Origin: Oligoflexia bacterium
GTDB lineage: Bacteria > Bdellovibrionota > UBA1018 > CAIMNF01
Assembly (NCBI GenBank): GCA_903831745.1
Contig: CAIKYX010000130.1
Coordinates: forward strand, 5,653 to 69,652
DNA length: 64,000 bases
Direction: 5' to 3'
Below are positions 57,573 through 64,000 of the stretch, one piece after another. Positions within the stretch are counted from its first letter, which is position 1; each line of letters begins with the position of its first letter. The translations under genes and the position numbers were made by a program. The notes beneath the pieces were generated by a model. That model was not told where the DNA came from and ran no database searches. It was given only the letters and a program-made list of their open reading frames with translations.

Positions 57573-58627
57573 AAGAAATGACTTTTGTTCAAGCAGTCAA
57601 TGAAGCCCTTCATCTTTCGATGGAACGCGATCAAAATGTAATTTGCTATGGTCTGGGAGTTACCGATCCAAAAGAGATTTTCGGCACTACCGATGGTTTG
57701 CTTAAGAAATACGGATCAGAGCGTGTTTTCGACATGCCGACCTCGGAGAACGGAATGACTGGCGTGGCGATCGGCGCCGCCCTGAACGGCATCCGATCGG
57801 TCATGGTACACCAACGCCTCGATTTTTTCCTGCTCGCGATGGATCAGGTCGTAAACAATGCCGCAAAATGGTTCTACATGTTTGGAGGACAAAGATCGGT
57901 TCCGATTACCATCCGTCTGATCATTGGCCACGGTTGGGGTCAGGGTCCGACCCATTGTCAAAATCTGCAAAGTTGGTTTGCACATGTTCCGGGCCTGAAA
58001 GTCGTCATGCCTACTACTCCGGCAGACGCAAAAGGAATGTTGCTTGCTTCGATTGCGGATGAAAATCCGGTAATTTTTCTAGAGCACCGTTGGCTGCATC
58101 AGCAAAAAGGCATGGTCCCAGAAGGTTATTACGAAACTCCGATCGAAAAGGCGAAGGTAGTCACTTCTGGAACTGATGTCACCATCGTATCTCTTTCATA
58201 CATGACGGTTGAAGCCATTCATGCGATCGAATTCCTTAAACACCAGGGCATTTCTTGCGAACTGATTGACCTGCGTTCTGTTCAGCCCATTGATTGGGAA
58301 ACCATTTTTACTTCTGTGAAAAAAACCGGAAGACTCGTCGCACTTGATACGGCCCAAGAGACTTTATCGGTTGCTTCCGAAATCGTGGCACGGGTTTCTC
58401 AAGATCTTTTTTCATTTCTGAAGTCAGGGCCGGTTCGCATCGGTCAGCCTGATGTTCCAAGTCCGACCAGCTTCGGATTATCCAAAGGGTACTACCGAAG
58501 AAGTGAAGCCATTGCCCTTGCAATCGGCCGGATGATGAAAGGCCATGATCTCGAAATCTCTGCGTTGACCGAAAGTCGAAAGTTTCCGCACGACGTTCCG
58601 GGAGATTGGTTCAAGGGTCCGTTTTAG
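57569..58627 (+). CDS. E1 beta-like subunit (transketolase-like pyrimidine-binding and C-terminal domains)
   Basis: 352 aa. FDMPTSENGMTGVAIGAALNGIRSV..., and a C-terminal transketolase_C-like segment. ATGA overlap with E1 alpha. Confidence 0.85.
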   Translation: MKEMTFVQAVNEALHLSMERDQNVICYGLGVTDPKEIFGTTDGLLKKYGSERVFDMPTSENGMTGVAIGAALNGIRSVMVHQRLDFFLLAMDQVVNNAAKWFYMFGGQRSVPITIRLIIGHGWGQGPTHCQNLQSWFAHVPGLKVVMPTTPADAKGMLLASIADENPVIFLEHRWLHQQKGMVPEGYYETPIEKAKVVTSGTDVTIVSLSYMTVEAIHAIEFLKHQGISCELIDLRSVQPIDWETIFTSVKKTGRLVALDTAQETLSVASEIVARVSQDLFSFLKSGPVRIGQPDVPSPTSFGLSKGYYRRSEAIALAIGRMMKGHDLEISALTESRKFPHDVPGDWFKGPF

Positions 58628-58629
58628 CC

Positions 58630-59625
58630 ATGAAGTATCTCGTACTTGCCAGCAATTCATTTACTGGAGCTCATTTTGTAAATCATGTGCTCGAGCATAC
58701 CCAAGATCAGGTCATCGGTGTGAGCAGATCGCCCGAGTATCATCCGCTACTGCTTCCTTACCTTTACCGAAAAGAGCGCTCCAATCGTTTTCAGTTTCAT
58801 CAACTGAATATCAATACGGATACCGCCAAAATACTCGAACTAATCGAACGCGAAAAACCGGAATACATCATTCATTTTGCCGCTCAGGGAGAAGTTCGGA
58901 ACAGCTGGACCTGGCCTGCCGACTGGTATGAGACCAACGTGATGTCGCTGGTCAGATTGACGTCGGCCCTGGTCGATAAGAAATTCATCAAGAAATATGT
59001 CATGGCATCGACTCCCGAGGTGTATGGAGCAACCGGCGAAAATCTCGTCGAGTCGGATCGCTATCACCCAAGCACCCCGTATGCAGGCTCGAAGCTGGCG
59101 GGCGATTTGCATCTGATGACCCTGCATAAACGGTATGGCTTTCCGGCGAACTTTACCCGTGCAGCCAATCTCTACGGCATTCATCAGCAGTTGTATCGCA
59201 TCATTCCGAGAACCATTCTCTACATCAAAAAGAACAAGACCCTCGAACTACATGGAGAAGGAAAAAGCGTTCGCTCCTTCATTCACGCAAGGGACGTGGC
59301 TGACGCAACCCTCAAAGTCGCCACCAGCGCCACTTCGGGCGAAGTCTATCATGTCGCCCCCAAAGGCTCGGGCATCTCGATGTTCGATCTGGTACAGAAA
59401 ATTTGTGGCCTCATGAAAACCGATATGAACGAGCATGTTCGCCTGATTCGCGAAAATTTTGGTCAAGACGCCTTGTTCTCGATGAGTTCCGAGAAAATTC
59501 GCAGCCAGTTGGGCTGGCAGGACCGGATTTCGTTGGATGACGGAATCGCCGAAATGATCCGATGGATTGACGAAAATTGGGCCGAGATCAAAAACTTTCC
59601 GGATGAATATCAACACAAGGTCTGA
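58630..59625 (+). CDS. NAD-dependent sugar 4,6-dehydratase/epimerase (extended SDR)
   Basis: About 331 aa, from MKYLVLASNSFTGAHFVNHVL. YAGSKLAGD (YxxxK). Resembles the dTDP-glucose 4,6-dehydratase family. Confidence 0.8.
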   Translation: MKYLVLASNSFTGAHFVNHVLEHTQDQVIGVSRSPEYHPLLLPYLYRKERSNRFQFHQLNINTDTAKILELIEREKPEYIIHFAAQGEVRNSWTWPADWYETNVMSLVRLTSALVDKKFIKKYVMASTPEVYGATGENLVESDRYHPSTPYAGSKLAGDLHLMTLHKRYGFPANFTRAANLYGIHQQLYRIIPRTILYIKKNKTLELHGEGKSVRSFIHARDVADATLKVATSATSGEVYHVAPKGSGISMFDLVQKICGLMKTDMNEHVRLIRENFGQDALFSMSSEKIRSQLGWQDRISLDDGIAEMIRWIDENWAEIKNFPDEYQHKV

Positions 59626-61610
59626 TGAAAAGGCAAAACCAATTATCAGCGTGGCTTAACTGGGGGGTATCAGAAGCGCCCTTCTTTATTGTTTCAATCG
59701 CTATCCTGTTTTTTTTCGCCTGGGTAAGACTCTTCGCAGGACTCGACACTTGGTCGGCCTACAAAATGCTTCTTCCGATCGCCTATTTCTATTTTTATCC
59801 GAAGTTGCTCGAACCGCTTCTTCGTCCGCACCTCTCGGGCTTAAATCCGAGACCCTTTGCCTGGGTACTGATGTTTTTTGGATTCATGACCCTGGCGTTT
59901 GTTTTTAAGACGTTTACCTTTCCTGTTTTGATTGCGCTTGGCTTTTTCATTTCACGTAGAAAGAATACCGGAATCGAAATTTTACCGATCCAGTGGCAGG
60001 ACTTTCTACTTGCCCTCATACCGCTTCTTGCATTTTCGGTTTTTATTTCAGATACCCTCTGGCATTCGGGTTACCTGACTCCGTTTTTTCGCGAGGCTCT
60101 GAATGAAGGATTGGGCAAGTCGGATTCTCTCAGCCACATGAGTTACAGTGTAATGCTGGGCCAATACCAGGCCTTGACCGTTGGGCTGCACGGGTTCACA
60201 CCGATCCGTTATCACCTGGGTGTTCATACGTTTCTATTGGCGTTGGGACGCTCGTTAGGCGAAGACCCTGCCTACTGCTTTAGCGTCGGGTATCCCGTAC
60301 TTGTTCCTGCACTTTTGCTTCAAAGTATCTGGTGCCTGGGTGAAACGTTCTGTTCTGTTCCGAAGCGAGTGTATACACGTTACACAGTGCCGTTTTTGGC
60401 GATTCTGATATTACAGGTTTTTCCGTTTACCCTGCTCGATCAATACGGATATTGGAAATCTTTTTTTATCTCAGAGTCGCATGGCATGGGGCTTTTACTC
60501 CTGACCTTTTTTGCCTGGATTCTGCTTGAACTCCTCCGCGAACCCTCATGGATGAGCCGCCTCTCGACCCCGGTTAAAATCAGCATTGCAGCGCTGCTGG
60601 CAATTTTACTCTTTTGGATTGTTTTTACCAAAGTATCGACCGGCTTTGTCTGCGCGGCACTTCTCGGGCTCTATGTCCTTTATGATTTCAAAAAGGGACA
60701 AAGGATCTTTCTCGCTTGCACACTCATGGTTTCGGCTGCGCTGGCCATTCTCTCGTTCAAACTCTCGGCAAAATCAATGCCCAATCCCTTTGAGTGGAAC
60801 TACTTCATTAAATCCTACGGGCACACTCAGCTCGGCTACTACTTCTTTTTCTACATTCACCTTTGGCTGGCACTCTTAATGGGCGCGATTTTCTGGTTTA
60901 AGCGAAGCTACTTGCCTGAACCTCGTCGACCTTATCTTTTTCTACTCGCTTCCGCTGCATTTTGTTTTGCACTGACATGGCCGTCCATTCATTTTCAAAT
61001 CGACGGGGGTTCAGGCTATTATTTTACGAACATTACCATGTGGCTCGCTATTTATTCGGCGATCGCGGCATTCTCGATGCTATTGGCGCAGAAAAACCTG
61101 CATCGAATGGTCCTGATTTTAATATTGGCCGGCGCATACGCCTCTTTCTCTAACTTCATGGCGTCTGCCCATGGATTAGTGGGCCTTGCCCGCGAAGGAA
61201 AAGCCCTGGCACAGAATCAAAGTCCGGAAACTCTGGGATTTCGAACGTTTTTGGCCGAACTCGATCGCATCAAGACGGACTTGCCTAAAGACTATTTTGT
61301 CTACATCCCTTCTCGAGAAAACTTGTATTGGTTTAAAAAGGACTATGCACTTTCTGCGATGGCCCTGGCGATACCAGTGGTCTCTGGGCATCCGGCAATA
61401 TTTGGCGCGCCATCAAATCCTGAAATCAAAGAAAGCGGATCGTTTCGTTTTTGGTTCGGTGCATTTCCGGAATACTGGAATCTTGCAGTATCACCCACCG
61501 AAGCACAACTCTGTGAAGAAGTTCGAAAGTTTGCCTTTCACCACTATGTTCAATTGGGCTGGGATCAGCAGAATTTAACAGTACTTCGACAAATCAAGGA
61601 GTGCCCATGA
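59625..61610 (+). CDS. Polytopic membrane protein, putative GT-C-type (ArnT/PMT-like) polyprenyl-phosphate-sugar-dependent glycosyltransferase
   Basis: 661 aa with at least 12 predicted TM helices and a C-terminal soluble domain. Overlaps the upstream stop (TGATG). Co-operonic with the sugar-modifying enzymes. Two ArnC-like GT2 genes lie nearby. No WWDYG (PglB) motif seen. Confidence 0.6.
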   Translation: MKRQNQLSAWLNWGVSEAPFFIVSIAILFFFAWVRLFAGLDTWSAYKMLLPIAYFYFYPKLLEPLLRPHLSGLNPRPFAWVLMFFGFMTLAFVFKTFTFPVLIALGFFISRRKNTGIEILPIQWQDFLLALIPLLAFSVFISDTLWHSGYLTPFFREALNEGLGKSDSLSHMSYSVMLGQYQALTVGLHGFTPIRYHLGVHTFLLALGRSLGEDPAYCFSVGYPVLVPALLLQSIWCLGETFCSVPKRVYTRYTVPFLAILILQVFPFTLLDQYGYWKSFFISESHGMGLLLLTFFAWILLELLREPSWMSRLSTPVKISIAALLAILLFWIVFTKVSTGFVCAALLGLYVLYDFKKGQRIFLACTLMVSAALAILSFKLSAKSMPNPFEWNYFIKSYGHTQLGYYFFFYIHLWLALLMGAIFWFKRSYLPEPRRPYLFLLASAAFCFALTWPSIHFQIDGGSGYYFTNITMWLAIYSAIAAFSMLLAQKNLHRMVLILILAGAYASFSNFMASAHGLVGLAREGKALAQNQSPETLGFRTFLAELDRIKTDLPKDYFVYIPSRENLYWFKKDYALSAMALAIPVVSGHPAIFGAPSNPEIKESGSFRFWFGAFPEYWNLAVSPTEAQLCEEVRKFAFHHYVQLGWDQQNLTVLRQIKECP

Positions 61611-62701
61611 GCGCAATTCAGAGCATTCAGGTAGATTGCGTGGTCATCGGTGGCGGCGTGGTGGGAGCTGCGGTGGCTGTCGAGCTTTCAAAGAGATCTG
61701 GACAAGAAATTTTGGTTCTCGAAAAGGGGCCTCGAATTGGAGAAGGCGTCACCTCCCGGAACAGCGGAGTCATTCACGCTGGAATCTACTACCCTCCCCA
61801 CTCGCTGAAAGCCGAAACCTGTATCGAGGGCCAGAAGCTTTTGTATCAATGGTGCGAAGAGCATCAGGTTCCTTTTCGAAAAACAGGAAAATGGATTGTC
61901 GGCCAGACGGCCGAACAAGAGTCACTCGAGCAGATTTATGAGAATGCTAAAATCTGCGGAGTGAAAAGTCTGAAATGGAGTTCAACCCTTGCGGACGAAG
62001 TAGACGGACTCTTTGCAGATCGGGGTATTTTCTCACCCGAAACCGGTATCGTCGATCCTTACGCCTATTGCGCCTCGCTCATGCATTCAGCCGAAGAAAA
62101 TGGCGCCATGATCATTTCGAACGCCCAGGTAACGTCCGTCGAAACGACACGCGATGGATATACCCTGACAAGCTCGCGAGGCGAAATTCGCGCGCAAACT
62201 GTAATTAACGCTGCCGGCCTTGATTCGGACGATATCGCCCGCATGGTCGGAATCGAAAAATACACTCTTTATCCTTGTCGCGGGGACTACTTTAAATTCA
62301 ATACCCCGGTATCCTTTCGGCAGCTGATTTATCCGGCAAAGCCAAAGAACGCGCCCGGACTCGGAGTTCACCTCACGCTTTCGCTCGACGGTAGCTACCG
62401 ACTGGGGCCAGACGCCTACTATGTCGACACGAAAGAATCGTTTCAGGACCCGGTCAATCAAGACGAAAAGCGAGATGCATTTCTGATGTCGGCACGAAAA
62501 CTTTTTAAAGCGGTCGACGCGAACATGCTCAGTTACGATACCTGCGGAATTCGTCCCAAGTTACGCGCCCCGAACGGAACCAAGGAAGAGGATTTCGTCA
62601 TTTCGAAAGATCTACCGGGCTGGGTGAATTTAATCGGCATTGAATCGCCGGGATTAACAGCGGCGCTTGCGATCGCAAAACGGGTCGCTCAGTTACTTTA
62701 A
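61607..62701 (+). CDS. FAD-dependent oxidoreductase (DAO family; L-2-hydroxyglutarate oxidase-like)
   Basis: About 364 aa. VDCVVIGGGVVGAAVAVEL is the dinucleotide-binding GxGxxG motif. ATGA overlap with the membrane protein gene. Confidence 0.8.
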   Translation: MSAIQSIQVDCVVIGGGVVGAAVAVELSKRSGQEILVLEKGPRIGEGVTSRNSGVIHAGIYYPPHSLKAETCIEGQKLLYQWCEEHQVPFRKTGKWIVGQTAEQESLEQIYENAKICGVKSLKWSSTLADEVDGLFADRGIFSPETGIVDPYAYCASLMHSAEENGAMIISNAQVTSVETTRDGYTLTSSRGEIRAQTVINAAGLDSDDIARMVGIEKYTLYPCRGDYFKFNTPVSFRQLIYPAKPKNAPGLGVHLTLSLDGSYRLGPDAYYVDTKESFQDPVNQDEKRDAFLMSARKLFKAVDANMLSYDTCGIRPKLRAPNGTKEEDFVISKDLPGWVNLIGIESPGLTAALAIAKRVAQLL

Positions 62702-62710
62702 TTCAAGAAA

Positions 62711-63454
62711 CTATTTTCTCTCTCGATGTTCCGGTAAGTCATATCCGAGCGAAAATACGGTACGATGAACTCGAAGCATGTCTTTGATGGTTGCCATGAT
62801 GTTCTTGATGGTAACCGAGGCTCCCCGTCCAAACTCACGTTTGAAGGTTTGAATGCCTACTTCTCCGACCGGAAAGCCCTTGAGCATGGTTTTAATGGCA
62901 ATTTCGGCACCGATAAACGGAGAGTTTGAAATGAGATTCAGTTCTGAGATTACATCACGCTTCATCAACCGAAGTCCGGTCGAAATATCCCTGAAACTCG
63001 TTCGAAAAAGGGCGCGCAGTACAATATTGTAAATCACCGAGATAAAAACCCGTTTACTCGAATAAACCCGGGCATAACGAAAATTGATGATCAGTTCATA
63101 ATACTGCCTGAGCTTAAGCAAGCGGATCAGATCGTGAACATCATATTCGTCATCACCATCCGTGAAGCACACCCATTCGTACTGAACGGCGGCCAAACCC
63201 GAACGAATCGCCGCGCCGTAGCCCTGATTCTTCGGATGATGGATGACCTTCAGCGCATCCGGATATTGTTTCTGCAAACGATCAGCCACTTCTCCGGAAC
63301 GATCTGGCGACCCATCGTTGACAATGATGATTTCAAAACGGTTGGCGTGTTCACGAAGTACTTTCAGTGCCTTGAGAAATACAATCTCGACCGTATTTTC
63401 ATCGTTATAAACCGGAAAGAACAATGAAATATCGGGTTTCTGAACAGGCTGCAT
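62711..63454 (-). CDS. GT2 polyprenyl-phosphate glycosyltransferase (DPM1/ArnC-like), second copy
   Basis: 247 aa. ISLFFPVYNDENTVE...IIIVNDGSPDRSGEVA...FTDGDDEYD. Confidence 0.85.
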   Translation of the reverse strand: MQPVQKPDISLFFPVYNDENTVEIVFLKALKVLREHANRFEIIIVNDGSPDRSGEVADRLQKQYPDALKVIHHPKNQGYGAAIRSGLAAVQYEWVCFTDGDDEYDVHDLIRLLKLRQYYELIINFRYARVYSSKRVFISVIYNIVLRALFRTSFRDISTGLRLMKRDVISELNLISNSPFIGAEIAIKTMLKGFPVGEVGIQTFKREFGRGASVTIKNIMATIKDMLRVHRTVFSLGYDLPEHRERK

Positions 63455-63549
63455 GATTCAATATTTTTAGATTTTAGATTCGCTAAACGCAAGAAATAAA
63501 TGGTGATTTTGGCCCAGTTTCATGATTATATCTGAGCAAAGAGCTTATT

Positions 63550-64000
63550 ATGAATTTGAGCCCCGTCCTGAACATCGAAGCCTTTAAACAGTTTGTTCAA
63601 AAGGAAAAATCAAACTACTCGCAGGAAAAACCTTTTCCGCACACCGTAATCGAGCAGTTTATCAATCCCGAACTCGCGCTTTCGGCTAGTAAAGAAATCG
63701 ATCAAATTCACGAACACACGAGTTATTTTCGTCACTACAATTCAAAAAAATACACCTGTAACGAACTCGATAAGATGGGGCCAGCCACCCAAACCATCAT
63801 TCAGGCTCTTCAATCAAAAGAGTTTATCGAACAGATTTCCGAGTTAAGCGGAATTCCCGGTCTGATTGCAGACCCCACTCTCGAAGGCGGCGGGGTTCAC
63901 ATTCTCAGTCCCACCGGATTTCTGAATGTTCACACGGATTTTTTGTCCCACGCCAAGTTCCGCAATTGGAGCCGAAGAATCAATATCCTGGTTTACTTGA
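63550..64000 (+). CDS. 2OG-Fe(II) oxygenase-superfamily protein (prolyl-hydroxylase-like), N-terminal part; continues beyond window
   Basis: MNLSPVLNIEAFKQFV... with HTD (HxD iron-binding) in GFLNVHTDFLSH. ORF is open at the window end. Confidence 0.55.
   Translation, partial: MNLSPVLNIEAFKQFVQKEKSNYSQEKPFPHTVIEQFINPELALSASKEIDQIHEHTSYFRHYNSKKYTCNELDKMGPATQTIIQALQSKEFIEQISELSGIPGLIADPTLEGGGVHILSPTGFLNVHTDFLSHAKFRNWSRRINILVYL

Noticed and set aside
27700-63500. Mobile genetic element / genomic island of horizontal origin
   Set aside because: No integrase, transposase, flanking tRNA or terminal direct repeats were found at the boundaries within this window. The cluster looks like a chromosomal glycan locus contiguous with the lipid A genes. 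Horizontal origin cannot be excluded without composition statistics, which I did not compute.

Overview
This 64 kb window is from a Gram-negative (diderm) bacterial chromosome. The gene content and roughly 50% GC resemble Bdellovibrio-like genomes, but that assignment is low-confidence inference. Two regions are clear.

The first region, 1-27 kb, is housekeeping and envelope-biogenesis genes. It holds a peptide ABC substrate-binding protein, alaS, secreted hydrolases, tag and glyQS. It also holds an LPS core/lipid A block: a GT4 glycosyltransferase, a heptosyltransferase, an lpxB-lpxK fusion, lpxA, fabZ, lpxD, skp and bamA. After that come lolD, lolC/E, trxB, a rhomboid protease, a VOC-family epimerase and galE.

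The second region, about 27.7-63.5 kb, is a roughly 36 kb glycan-biosynthesis island with very few intergenic gaps. It contains a complete CMP-pseudaminic acid pathway (pseB, pseC, pseF, pseG, pseI and a PseH-like GNAT domain). Several non-canonical genes are embedded in that pathway: a FemAB-family protein, a class-III aminotransferase, an aldo-keto reductase, an ABC exporter, and two paralogous KpsC/KpsS (Capsule_synth)-like putative transferases, one fused to the GNAT domain. Next comes a heptose/NDP-sugar module: gmhA, an HldE-like bifunctional enzyme with swapped domain order, an HddC-like nucleotidyltransferase, a Zn-ADH and an RmlD-like reductase. Two ArnC-like polyprenyl-phosphate GT2 enzymes and a tandem pair of membrane-anchored winged-helix-like proteins are also present. 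A nine-gene translationally coupled operon follows: two DegT aminotransferases, two SDR dehydratase/epimerases, a SAM methyltransferase, a PDH-E1 alpha/beta ThDP pair, a GT-C-type membrane glycosyltransferase and an FAD oxidoreductase.

I could not recognise any rRNA, tRNA, CRISPR array, transposase or integrase. Candidates for novelty are the accessory enzymes inside the pseudaminic acid locus, the ArnB/ArnC/ArnT-like logic of the nine-gene operon combined with a two-carbon-branch (E1 alpha/beta) module, and the lpxB-lpxK gene fusion. Two non-coding observations are a near-consensus orphan sigma70-like promoter upstream of galE and a 28-bp direct repeat pair around 24.4-24.9 kb.
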